DNA of 64,000 nt, from positions 496,001-560,000 of the forward strand of contig MU008154.1 of the NCBI GenBank assembly GCA_010909165.1, read 5' to 3'. Both the position numbers and the translations under genes were made by a program. Below are positions 39,069 to 50,232 of the stretch, one piece after another. This stretch comes from Anthoceros angustus (taxonomy: Eukaryota > Plantae > Anthocerotophyta). The number at the start of each line of letters is the position of its first letter. Position 1 is the first letter of the stretch. The notes below the pieces were generated by a model that was not told where the DNA came from, made no database searches, and worked only from the letters and a program-made list of their open reading frames with translations.

Positions 39069-40796
39069 TTAGTGGGGCTTGGCAAAGCCAGCAAAGGAGA
39101 GGATGATGAAGACAGCCACGTGAAGCCCGATGATGTATATGATGGTGAGGGATCGGAGGAAGGGATGCCTTCGTAGTTGGTTGCCAGCCTGCAGACCTAA
39201 CGCATCCACTGTTCTTGCCACACTTGCAACCCCCTTTGCAGCTCTATGTCGCCCTGGTGCACCCGGCATAACTGAGTCAGATCTGTAATCGTCGAAACCG
39301 ACTGAAGGACCTGTAGAGCTTGAAGCCAGACCAGATTTCCCAATTTTGTTCCTCTTGGAGCTGACATCCACATTTCCGGCGAGGAGCTGCCGCAGTGCTT
39401 CGTTTGCTTTCTCCAGCCGGAGCTCCAGAGCGTTTCGCTCGCTGGCCCATGTTTCGGCTTGTGCCTGTTGTCAGACCAGGGTAGAGGAACAGGTTGGTGA
39501 AGCTCTGGGAGGAACTTCTATCAGGCATCATGAGTGGAGGACGAATTTGTTACCTGCTTGGTCACAAGTTGTTCTGTCAGAATCCTCAACCTGCGTTCCA
39601 GATCTTTCTCCCGTTGCGCTGCAACAATCCCCACCCTCAACTTCAGCCATTGTGTAGAAACGTTTGACAGACAAACTTGAAAGGTTGCGAGACAACGAGA
39701 ACCTTCATCGCTCGACACATATATGAAACTACCTGGAGAAGGCCACTTTGCTGAGCTCTGTTGTAAAGTCGCTAACTCTTTTCCAAGAACTGCAGCCTTG
39801 CTGTCCAGAAGGTCCTACCAAAACAAACTCGTGCATCAGGCCAGCTGCCGTTGCGTTGCAGCAAGAAGAGTTGGACACAAGCGAAGCCACTGCAGCTTAC
39901 AAGCTCTCTGCGCAGCCTGTTGATGGAGTCAGGTAGCACATCATCCACCGGGCCAGTGTAACCCGTATTCCCAGGATCGTCTTCCAGCAGGTTACCATCA
40001 CCATCATGACCAGACTGTAACTTCTCCAGCTCCGCCAGTAGCTTACTCTCTGTCTCCTCCAGCTCCTGACCATTCCACCATCAGCGTACCTCCACAGAAC
40101 CGAATAAATAAAGTACCTCTCTGCCAAACAGCAAATCAGAAAAACTGCCACAAGCACAGAAACAAAACGAGAACACACCCGAAGCTCCACTTCAAGCTGA
40201 CGTTCTTCTTGAGCCTTCTCTGCCACGTGCTGCCTGGTCGCGGACAAGGCTTTACGGTAGGTAGCATTTTCCGACTGCAACGACGCCTGCCTCTGCTCCA
40301 ACTACACACGATCCAACAACAATTCAGCCACACGCCCTAATCCCGAAATCGAACAGAATCGACACCGCACATCCAAAACAAACTAAATCATAACCAAATT
40401 CTTCACTCACGAGAGTGAATCCCTCACGCCCTCCATCTCACACCGAATCACAATAGCACCAAGCTGCATCAGCAAGAGCACGCACACGACACATCCATAC
40501 AAACCTCAACCCTGGTGGTAGCGTGTGCATGCCGCTCCAGTGCCAGCGCAGCATGAGTAGCCAGTGAGTCGGCGTGCAAATGAGGTAGCCGCTGCGCGAT
40601 GCTGGCAGGCGGAATGCACTGCCGCAGCTCCCACAGACTGTGCTGCAGTGCAGCGGCCCGAGCATCCAACGCGCTTATCTGCATCCGCTGCTGGCGTGAG
40701 CCGCAGAAGCGGCTTGTTGGACCCCGCGTTCGCCTCACGCTCCGGCGACGCACTACCCCCCACCACGTCTGCGGCCCACGCCAGCAGTCCCGCCAT
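39069..40796 (-). CDS. Tail-anchored coiled-coil protein, golgin-84 (Golgin A5)-like C-terminus; multi-exon
   Basis: Starts MAGLLAWAADVVGG; coiled-coil exons; REKDLERRLRILTEQLVTKQ|AQAETWASERNALELRLE; C-terminal RRHPFLRSLTIIYIIGLHVAVFIILSF TM. Confidence 0.7.
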
Positions 40797-41774
40797 CGCA
40801 ACTTCCCTTCTCCGAGCTTTGCTCGGACCTCGCAAGCCTCCATACAGTCTTCGGACCTCTGTTTTTTATGTTCCGAAAACTGAGGACTCAACGAAAGGTC
40901 TCTCTTTCATTGCCTCGGGAGATATGGCCGATTGCCAGATAGTTTTCAATCAACAACAAAACTTTCCACAATAATTTGATTTACACACGCTAACGACGAT
41001 AGAAGAGCACCATGAGGAAAGATGTGGGGAAGGAGGAAATGGATCAAAGAGAAGTTCCCTAAAACAGATTGGATCAAAGCGTTTGGTCATTAAGTAAAAG
41101 AAAATATATATTAAGATATGTGGTATAAGAAATGTGGCCACTAACAAAGAAAAGTAGTGGGAAGTTATAGTAAAGAAAAACTTGGTAGAAAGAAGATCAC
41201 CAAACAATGGGTTGTATATGATATAAGAGAAATTAGATGAAAAGGAAAAGGAAACATTAGATAAAAAGGATGAAAAAGAAAAGAAAAAATTAGTTGAAAA
41301 GGAGCACGAAATAACTTCGTGGATTTAGATATGGTAAGGGAGAAATGGGTTGAAAGTACACCATGGCACACATATTTAGAGAAATTGAGTTCAAAGAAAA
41401 AAGTACTTGTGTCATAGGAAAAAAAGAAGATTCCTTAATTGTAGACTCGGCATTGATATCACTTGTTATAAAAAGGCATTAAATACCTAGATCCAAGGAA
41501 TTAAAGTTTAACTATTATTTATTTTAAGCCATATATTTCAATTAATCAAGTCATCAAATACCTAAGTCCAAGGAATCAAGTTTACTATGATCCAAGTGGA
41601 GTCTATATATGTAATATAGAGTTAAGTTAATTAATTATAAAATATCAACTGCCAAGGAATCAAAGGAGCCAAGGTCCCTTGGAGCCAAGTTGCTAGCGAG
41701 CTAAGGTACTGATGTGCGAAGGCGTTAATGCGTTAGCATTTCAAACTACATAGTTAGGGTTGAGGTTGTAGCGA

Positions 41775-42740
41775 GTGTGCAAGGAGGAAAAAATTTGTAA
41801 ATCGTGCGAAGAACAAATGGTCATGGCCATGTCAAATCAAGACTTCCGTACTCTCAAATCGATCAGCATGAGCTCGACGGCGGCAAAATCGGATTGCGTG
41901 CCACAGCGGAGAATATTGCTGGTGTTGGATCTTAATGGGCTCTTGTTGGAGTCCTTCTGTGTGCGGGAGGAGTTTGAGGGTGTAGAGGGCACAAGCAAGG
42001 CGGTGAAGGTGGGCATGAAGTGGATCATCGTGCGACCCGGGGTAGCAGAGTTCCTGGACTTCTGCTTTGCTAAGTTTGATGTCGGCGTTTGGTCTTGCGC
42101 GAGGGCGCAGAATGTAGAGAAGTACGTTGAATGCATTTTCCCTAGGGGCTGGCGGGAGAAGGTGAAGTTTGTGTGGGGGCAGGATAAGTGCACGCACACC
42201 GGGAGGAAGGTGCCGGGGCATCCTGACAAGCCTTTATTCCTGAAGGAGCTAAGGTACCTGTGGCAAGAGTTCCCATGCTACACGATGAAGAATACACTGA
42301 TGTTGGACGACACGCCCTACAAGTCGTTGTGGAATCCGCCCTACACAGCCGTGTTCCCAGAACCCTACTCGGCGCTGCGACAGGGTGAAAGAGACAACTT
42401 CTTGATGGGGGTGGTGGTGCCGGGGCTTAATAATCTTCTTATTTCTAGTCACACTGTGCAAAGCTTTGTGATGTTGCATCCGCTAGGGCAACCTCCAATT
42501 TCCCCCAATCACCCCGATTGGATATTGTACAAGCAATTGGCAACGGATCCCAAGACAAAGGAGGAGGTAGAGATTTCGACTCACACAAAGCCCTATGTTC
42601 CCCCGCAAAAGAGGAACCTGGCACCAAGACGACTACCCTTTGCTATGAAAAGAAGACCTTCCTTCCAAAAGATTAGGACACAAGCCCCGCTGCCGAAACT
42701 CAAGCCATTGGCAGCCGTTTGGAAGTGTAAAGAGTATTGA
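41775..42740 (+). CDS. Intronless NIF/FCP1-homology (SCP-like HAD) protein, copy 1; first ATG at 41817
   Basis: LLVLDLNGLL, VRPGVAEFLDFCFAKFDVGVWS, KPLFLKELRYLW, NTLMLDDTPYKSLWNPPYTAVFP. Confidence 0.85.
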   Translation: MCKEEKICKSCEEQMVMAMSNQDFRTLKSISMSSTAAKSDCVPQRRILLVLDLNGLLLESFCVREEFEGVEGTSKAVKVGMKWIIVRPGVAEFLDFCFAKFDVGVWSCARAQNVEKYVECIFPRGWREKVKFVWGQDKCTHTGRKVPGHPDKPLFLKELRYLWQEFPCYTMKNTLMLDDTPYKSLWNPPYTAVFPEPYSALRQGERDNFLMGVVVPGLNNLLISSHTVQSFVMLHPLGQPPISPNHPDWILYKQLATDPKTKEEVEISTHTKPYVPPQKRNLAPRRLPFAMKRRPSFQKIRTQAPLPKLKPLAAVWKCKEY

Positions 42741-44271
42741 AGACAAGCTTTAAAGTTCTCGCTTATTATTTAGTTTACATGGGGCTAAATTTGTGAAGTG
42801 TTGCTTATACACTCAATGAGTTATTAAGACAAACTTTGTACTTGATTCATTGTTTTTAAGAAATGAATAGTTGTTGTCGAGTTCCTACTCTCTCATTTTT
42901 CTTATGCAGAAGGGAGCAAATGATTGCTCCCCTCCATACCAACCACAAGATGAAACTCGCAGCCCGAAATAGGTTAAGCTTGCAGTGCCCACGAGAACCA
43001 CCATTCTTGTTTGCTCATTGAATGAACAGACAAGGTTGATAGCATCTCAGCGCGCCGATGTTGCCCGCCTGGGTGAGGAAAAAGCCGGCCTTGCGCCGCT
43101 CTTGGATTTTGACATGCTGAGGCATGAAACCCCAAAGCTTCCAAGAAGCAATTTCCCCTATCATAGTTGGGTAACATGGCCTGTAGCATTCTTCAGACTA
43201 AGCACCTATGTTTTTCTTGAATGCCAAAGATGTGTAAAAGTTCCCTATGCAACACATCATTGAACCCAAGCCGAGGAGCAATAGCAGGACGTTTCTTCAG
43301 CTTGGCCTTTTCAACTAGAAGCTTGTAAAATAGGGAAGTAGCAATATTGAAGAATTCCTAAACTGGAGGGCATCAAGATTGGTGGACCCAAGCCCCCACC
43401 AATGCCCATGGTGCTAGTTGTGATAAGATTCTGCATGTCCTTGCCACTGGTGCCGAGTACCACCCCATTCGTTTGGCTGCAAAGGATTTCCTCTCTTAAA
43501 ACCCACTCTTTAGCATGAAGGAAGCCATGCAACACCAGCATACGAGAGAGCCTGGAGCCATCAAAAGGGAATCATGTTTTTTTCAGGTCAAACATAAGGT
43601 GTCTTCCCTATCAACCTGCAAAAACTGAGCAAGTGAAACGATCCACAAATCCCAGCAAAGTGGTTGAGTTGGTAAATCGAGAATATTTTCCGAAAATATT
43701 TGAGTTATGACCACTAACGACGATAGAAGAACACCATAAGGAAGAGATGTGGGAAAGGAGAAATTGGATAAAAGAGTTTGGCCATGAAGGATAAAAAATA
43801 TATTGTGAGACATATATGGTGAAGAATAAATTAGGCAAGAAGCTATTGCCACCAACAAAACTAAAAGTAGTCGGAATCTATAATAAAGGAGAAATTCGGT
43901 AGAAGGATGGTCACAAAACAATGAGACATACTTGGTAAAGGAAAAATTAGATGAAAAGGATGGCCACAAAAGAACTCTGTAGGGTTAGATATGGTAAGGG
44001 GGAAATGGGTTGAAAGAGCACCATGGCACACATATGGTAAGAGAGAAATTGCGTGAAAGAAAAAGTATAAGTAGGAAGGCATGGATTTGGGAGGCAGAGA
44101 GCCTCTAGTGATTGATAAGTTTAGGAAGATAGCAAGAAGTTTAGGACATAGGAAAAGAAGAAGCTTCGCAATTTATTTTGATGTTAAAGACACAGCGCTA
44201 ATATAACTCGTCATGAAAATTCAGTTTTATAGCTTAGTAACAGGGACAAGCCGCTAGGGAGTTTACAACCC

Positions 44272-44385
44272 AGTAATTCGCTTGTAAGGTTCCATACATC
44301 GTCTCTTGATCAATGTTTTTATTGCACCAAATTCGCTTGTAGGGTTCCATACATCGTCTCTTGATCAATGTTTTTATTGCACCAA
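44272..44385. repeat. 2 x ~55-bp tandem repeat
   Basis: aattcgcttgta(a/g)ggttccatacatcgtctcttgatcaatgtttttattgcacca occurs twice. Confidence 0.9.
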
Positions 44386-44939
44386 ACAATAACAGACTTG
44401 AACTAGTATTTATTGCACGAACAACAATAGAAATCGGCTGTTGAACTATATTTTTATTGCACCGACAAAAGAAAGTCTCGACGAAAATATTTTGCATCTC
44501 CCTCGAACAATATCATTAATTTCAAGATTTATTTCATTCAATCTAATTAAGGTGAGTTATAAGTTTTATCGATGACTTTGGATAATCTAAGTGAAGTCTA
44601 TATACGTATGTAGGCACAATTCAATTAATTAATTCATGAAATATCTAAGTTCAAGCAATTAATTTTAACTATAATGAATTTCAAGCCATGTCTTAATTTA
44701 TTTTAATAAATATTATTATTATAATATCGAGCTATATACCGTACTCCAAGTGAAATTTTAATATGTAACACAGGGTTTAGTTATAAATTATGAACTACCT
44801 ATGGATGGCTAAGGAGTGAAAGGAGCCGAAGTCCCTTGGAGCTAAGCTGCTATAGAGTTAAGTCGCTAATGTGCGAAGGTGCCAATGCGGTACCCTTATG
44901 CACCTAGTTGTTTAGGGTTGAGGTGAGGTTGGAAAGCGA

Positions 44940-46544
44940 GTGTACGAGGGGGAATTGCGAATCGTGGGAAGAGGGAACGACCATGGCCGTGGAAGATTAA
45001 GGCTTTCGTACTGTAGGAGGTTCTGGCAGATGGTGTGCGGGCACGATGTGCAATGTCCTTGCGGCCAGGGAGCACGTCATCACCATGTACAGTGCGCGGC
45101 GGGTACAGGTCTGCTCCCGCCCATGATGGGGAGCTCAATTGCGGATGGTGGGGCATCGGGAGAGGAGGAGGAAGAAGCGTTTGCGGAGCAGGCGGCGCTC
45201 ACCCTTGAATCGATCAGCATGAGCCCGGCGGCAGCGGAATCGGATTGCAGGCCGCGGCGGAGAATGCTGCTGGTGCTGGATCTGAACGGGCTCCTGCTGG
45301 AGTCCTTCTGTATGTGGAAGGAGTTCCAGGGCGCGGAGGGCGCGAGCAGGGCGGTGAAGGTGGGCAGGAAGTGGATCATCGTGCGGCCCGGGGTGGCGGA
45401 GTTCCTGGACTTCTGCTTCGCCAGGTTCGTTGTCGGGGTTTGGTCCTGCGCGCGGGCGGAGAATGTGGAGAATTACGTTGAATGTATTTTCCCTAGGGGT
45501 TGGCGGGAGGAGGTGGAGTTCGTGTGGGGGCAGGACAAGTGCACGCATACTGGGAGGAAGGTGCCGGGGCATCCTGACAAGCCGCTGTTTCTGAAGGAGC
45601 TGAGGTACTTGTGGCAGGAGTTCCCGTGCTACACGATGATGAACACGCTGATGCTGGACGACACGCCCTACAAGTCGCTGGGGAATCCGCCCTACACGGC
45701 CGTATTCCCGGAACCCTACTCGGCGCTACGGCAGGGTGAGAAAGACGACTTCCTGATGCGGGTGGTGGTGCCGTGGCTGGATAAGCTCTTGGTTTCCAGT
45801 CACACTGTGCAGAACTTTGTGATGTTGAATCCGCTAGGGCAGCCTCCGGTTTCCTCCAGTGACCCTGACTGGATGTTGTACAGGGAGCTGGCAGCGGACA
45901 GGACGCAGGAGGAGGTAGAGATCCCGGCTCCCAGTACGCCCTATGTTCCCCCGCACAGGAGGAACTCGGGTCCGGTTCTGCGGCCAAGGGAGCAGTTCCC
46001 GGTGCCGCCATGGGCGGGGTTGGAGCCGCTGGTGCTGGCTGCGCAGGAGCAGCTTCAGTTTCAGCAGCAGCAGCATCAGCTGCAGCCGCAGATGCAGCAG
46101 CAGGTGCAGTACGGGGATTGGAGGCAGCCGTTGGTTCCCCGTGGGGTGCATTTGCCGTGGTTTGCACATTCCGAGCCACCTTTGTTTCTTCTGCCCCAGG
46201 GTTACGGGCCGGGGTGGGCCGGGGCGGTTGCTGCTGCCCGGGCTGTGGGCTGGATGCCGGAGCCGAGGTTGGCGGGGTTGCCCCCGCCGGAACACTTGCA
46301 GGTGCACCCCGGGCAATGGTACCCACCCTGGGTCCTGCCGCCGATTGAGCATCGGCGGTGGGATGTACCGGAGCATGGAGGAGCAAGGCATGGGTCAGAT
46401 GCTTTCGTCTTCCAGGAGCAGGGCGGGAGAGTTCCGTTTGTGAATGGGTCAGGGTACGGGCCTGTGCGAGGGCGGTTGGAGGAGGTGGGTGATAAGGAGG
46501 AGAGTCATCACCGCTCGCATCCCTATTGGTCTCACAGGAGATGA
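44940..46544 (+). CDS. Intronless NIF/FCP1-homology (SCP-like HAD) protein, copy 2, with a long Q/P/W-rich C-terminal extension; start codon uncertain
   Basis: Same motifs as copy 1 (LDLNGLL, RPGVAEFL, NTLMLDDTPYKS), followed by ~200 aa of low-complexity tail. Confidence 0.85.
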   Translation: MYEGELRIVGRGNDHGRGRLRLSYCRRFWQMVCGHDVQCPCGQGARHHHVQCAAGTGLLPPMMGSSIADGGASGEEEEEAFAEQAALTLESISMSPAAAESDCRPRRRMLLVLDLNGLLLESFCMWKEFQGAEGASRAVKVGRKWIIVRPGVAEFLDFCFARFVVGVWSCARAENVENYVECIFPRGWREEVEFVWGQDKCTHTGRKVPGHPDKPLFLKELRYLWQEFPCYTMMNTLMLDDTPYKSLGNPPYTAVFPEPYSALRQGEKDDFLMRVVVPWLDKLLVSSHTVQNFVMLNPLGQPPVSSSDPDWMLYRELAADRTQEEVEIPAPSTPYVPPHRRNSGPVLRPREQFPVPPWAGLEPLVLAAQEQLQFQQQQHQLQPQMQQQVQYGDWRQPLVPRGVHLPWFAHSEPPLFLLPQGYGPGWAGAVAAARAVGWMPEPRLAGLPPPEHLQVHPGQWYPPWVLPPIEHRRWDVPEHGGARHGSDAFVFQEQGGRVPFVNGSGYGPVRGRLEEVGDKEESHHRSHPYWSHRR

Positions 46545-47977
46545 TGCTGACTATAGGATACTGTGCTGAGCGCGCACTGCACTCCCTTCAAATGCAGGGT
46601 TGGTCGCCACCAATGGGATGACGCGTGGTTGATCTTATATATGCATGTGCGGAAGCTCCTGGGAATGCATTATGATATGTGTTTAGGAGTCTTGATGCGA
46701 GCATGAGTGTAGCTGTGGGGTGGGATAGTTCAGCTGGGTGAAGTCAGTTTTGTATCAGTATAATTCATTGCTAGGCACCACAGGGCCTCGATCCATGTTT
46801 TTGACGGATCTTGGTGCATCTTGGTAGCTTAATTTCCTTTGATCCTTAACACCCTTAAGTGAGGTGTTTGTTTAGAAGCAGAGCTTGCCTTTGCCGTCGT
46901 TCTCATGTCTCTTGAGTGCAGGGTTGTGGGAAGTCCGCTGTTGCTGCTGGATGCCAGCAATATGTATCTCCCTCTCTGCGTGGGTAGCCTGTATTCAAGG
47001 ACTCTTCACGTCATGTCTTACAAAGAAGTACGTTTGTTTGTTCATCGAAGCAGTTGTTACCAATGATTTCCAGTTGACGAGGCAGGGATCGTCTGAGATC
47101 ATAGGTTTAACGAGGGTACCCCCCTGGTTTGGCGATGTGGTACGTAACTCCTTGATTCCGTGACTTTCTTACGTGATAGCACATTGAGAAGCTCACCAAC
47201 TGGTTGTTACCATTTCTCGGAAGTGCGAGAGTGGTGTACTTGTTCTTCTGGTTGACTCCGTCGGGGTCTCTAGCAGGCAGTTCTGCTAACTGCGTACAGT
47301 AGGATGCTTCTCCCCACTGGAAGAACTGGCTGCGTCCATGATCCATCCCTGCACTCCTGGTACCTCGTCCCAGGCCTTCTCATTACATAGTTATTACCTT
47401 CCTCATGCGGAATGAGTTCCAGGAATGCTTCCAACGGTCTAGAAAATCTGTCTCCAGAATCCGGTGGGCCCATTTCTTGTTGTGCATACATATACACATT
47501 GTCAGCTTGCGTGTTCTTGTCCGGTCAGATGCCGACTACTGTGTGCAACTGCTTCTAGTTTTCAGCCAACCAACAAGCCTTGTGGCTGCGTTCGGCAAGC
47601 TTCTACATACTTGTTTGCCTTCCGCTGCAACACTTCCAAAGAGTTGATGACTCTTGTCCTCCATCCTGAAGTCCTGAAGCTGGGCATCCCGTGCTCTGAA
47701 AGTGAATCAAATTTTGAGCCGTTCAATACAAGACGTTGTCCTGGAAGCACACTGCTGCTGGAGAGAGGTCATTGATCGAACCGCAGGGACAGCATCGAAG
47801 ACATCGGGATGGCAAGGCTTGTAGACATCCACGAAGCCTCGGGGCCTGGGTTCAGTGAATTTGCGGACCAGGCAACAAGGTAGGCCAGGCCGCCAATTTC
47901 CTATTCGCTTTTCGTTCTTTCTTTTTCTTCCCTTCCCTTTCCTTCTCTTCTTTTCGGCGAAGGAAAACCGGAGTAGA

Positions 47978-50232
47978 TCACAGAATCGGCTGATCTTCCC
48001 TCGTTGTGTCAACGATCCCCGCTGGGCCGGTCTGCATTTCCAAATCGTGTATGGCACTCGGTTCGTGTCCTCCTCCCAGGCTCAGGATGCTGGCGTCTTG
48101 CAGCATGGCCAGGACTTGGGTCATGGAAGGCCTTGCTGCTTGAGCCTCCTCCAGACATGCCGTTGCCACCTGAGATCGATGCAACAATGCGTTTCAGAAT
48201 GAGGGGAACGGAATAAACAAACAACCCATTTCCAGTGCTACGGAGATGGCAACAGCGAACAAGGACTGAAAGGTTCTGGGTTTCTGACCTTGGCAACAGC
48301 GATGACGGATACCGCGTTCTGCTGCTCTGTGCACACCCGGGGATCCGCGATCTCTTGAACCCGCCCGCCGGCGATGAGCGGGACTGCCCTGGCCGCAAGG
48401 CTTTGTTGCTCCCCAGGCAGATCCGGATCAAAGGGTTTCCTGGAAGTGACCAGTTCCAGCAACACGACGCCGAAGCTGTACACGTCTGAATGCTCACTGG
48501 GCCTGCCGTCGGGGTTTGCTGGATCTGCGTAGCCCAAGGTGCCCTTGGGAGAGGGAAAGCCCACGTCTGCAACCTTGGCGTTGAAGTTCTCGTCCAGCAG
48601 GATGTTCGCAGACTTCACATCGCCGTGGTGGATGGGAGGAGTCACGGGGACGTGGAGACGCTCCAAAGCCTCTGCTACTTGGACGGCGATGCGGAGCCTC
48701 GTGTTCCAGTCTAGCTCACCGGGTCTGTCCACAGAGAGGTGGCGCTCCAGGCTGCCGTTGGGAAGATACTCCCACACCAGGAATCGACCCTGCTGCGGGT
48801 CGATGCAGTATCCCAGCAGCCTGACAAGACCTCGGTGGCTCAGGTTTGAGACCATGGAGACGTGTTGAAGGAAGTGGCCCTGATCATCTTCTGCTTCCTG
48901 GTTAATGTTTCTGGTCCTTTTGATGGCAACAAGGGTGCCATTTTCCAGCACGCCCTGCATCACTTCCCCAGCACTCCCGCGCCCTATCACATTGGTGGGA
49001 GAGAAGAAGTCTGTTGCCTGCTCTAGCTCTGGGTAGGTGAATAATGTCCCGGTCTGCATTGCCATATTCTGTCCTGGGGGGACCACATCCAGGTCTCTGG
49101 TCTTGAACTTCTGTTTTCGGTACTTCTTTCGGTAGACGTAACAAATGGCGATGCACATCATAACAGCTATTATGGGGACAGTAACACCCAATGGAACTGC
49201 ACTCACAATGAGGCAAGGTGCTTCAGGGCCCACATCCTGAGATCAAGAAATCGATACATGTGCATCTTTCATGGAATTCATAGGGTTGTGCATTCAGGAG
49301 AAGGGTAGGCAAGAATCAGTACCTCCCAACGCCTTAGACTTCCCCTTTTTCTTGGACTTCTTCGATTTCTTCGACTTCGACTTCTTCGATTTTTTCGATG
49401 ATGGCTGTGATCTCTTCTTCGGAGAAGGGCCTGTTCCACCAGTGGAAGAACGGCTAAACACGGACCATTGCAGATTTGGAATACTAGGTGGGGGAAACGA
49501 AGGGGAGGTCGAGTAAGATGTCGTTGGAGGTGGTGGATATGGAGAAGGGTCTGCACAGTGATGCCAAATTGGAATGAGATTCACGGACATGTCAGGAAGC
49601 AGAAAGAAATCTACACAGCGCTAGCTGGGAGATGCACTACACACGGCAGGGGCGCACATGGAGTGAAAACGCTTATTTGGAACTTCATTCCCAGCTCACA
49701 GTCGCCATACACCGGGCTACCCAGATACACTTTGTGCCATCCCCCGGAGGTGCTGGGTAGTAGTTTGACTCTTTTGTAATCCTCGGATCCCATTGCATTG
49801 GAGCTCACATTGCAGATACTGAAGGCAGCTGCTGAGGCGAACTCAATGACTGCGTGGGAACCGGGAGAATTGCTGAAATCTGCCACATTCACGGGTTCAA
49901 ACTTGCTTCAGAGCTGAGTGAAAGTTCAGAGCTGCATCCTGGCCTACAGATCAAGTCAGGGAAGAGTTTACAAAGATGTCAAGCTTTCGAGTGCTCTACT
50001 GACCGAGAATGTCACCGCTGTACCAGGGGTCTTCACCGTCCGCCCAATCTTGGTAGAAGAAGATGTTGGGCGGTGGCCCCCATCCGTAACCGTACCCCAC
50101 GGACACTTCCCTTGCCTGAGTATTCGCCAGGAAGTGACCAAGCAAGGAAGCCAAAACCAGAATCCGGAGCAGCCATTGTTGTCTACCACTTGGTCTGAGC
50201 CTCAAAGTTGAATACTCTGCACCCCTCACCAT
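47978..50232 (-). CDS. Receptor-like kinase with signal peptide, phytocyanin/ENODL-like ectodomain, Pro/Ser-rich and Lys-rich stalk, TM and atypical kinase; 5 exons, ~592 aa
   Basis: Exons 50232-50004, 49879-49658, 49550-49323, 49196-48289 and 48169-47978 total 1779 nt with all GT-AG phases consistent. Ectodomain YQDWADGEDPWYSGDILDF...SHAVIEF...FSICN...VYLGSPVYGDCELGMKFQISV; TM VPLGVTVPIIAVMMCIAICYVY; kinase IGRGSAG, VAIK, HGDVKSANILL, GTLGYADP, DVYSFGVVLLEL, RPSMTQV. Confidence 0.8.

Larger units (their letters stand above)
40950..45950 (+). repeat. Diverged tandem segmental duplication: AT-rich upstream block plus NIF/FCP1-like ORF, two copies
   Basis: ctaacgacgatagaagagcaccatgagg (~40990) vs ctaacgacgatagaagaacaccataagg (~43713); aaaggagccaaggtcccttggagc (~41663) vs aaaggagccgaagtcccttggagc (~44819); paralogous ORFs follow each. 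Confidence 0.85.

Noticed and set aside
42912-42931. 8-bp hairpin gggagcaa-atga-ttgctccc as a possible Helitron 3' end
   Set aside because: No CTRR terminus follows at the expected distance.
42960-43560. Protein-like fragments (e.g. MIGEIASWKLWGFMPQHVKIQERRKAGFFL on -)
   Set aside because: Short, stop-interrupted and not assignable to a family without a search.
45493-46391. Long antisense ORFs over NIF copy 2 (and similar ones over the gypsy region)
   Set aside because: Expected shadows of GC3-rich coding sequence.
46880-47870. Possible spliced gene fragments downstream of the RLK
   Set aside because: Could not build a consistent exon chain or recognise a domain.
49955-49970. cagggaagag resembling part of a miR408 target in a phytocyanin-like gene
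   Set aside because: It is intronic, antisense to the gene and matches only 10 nt.
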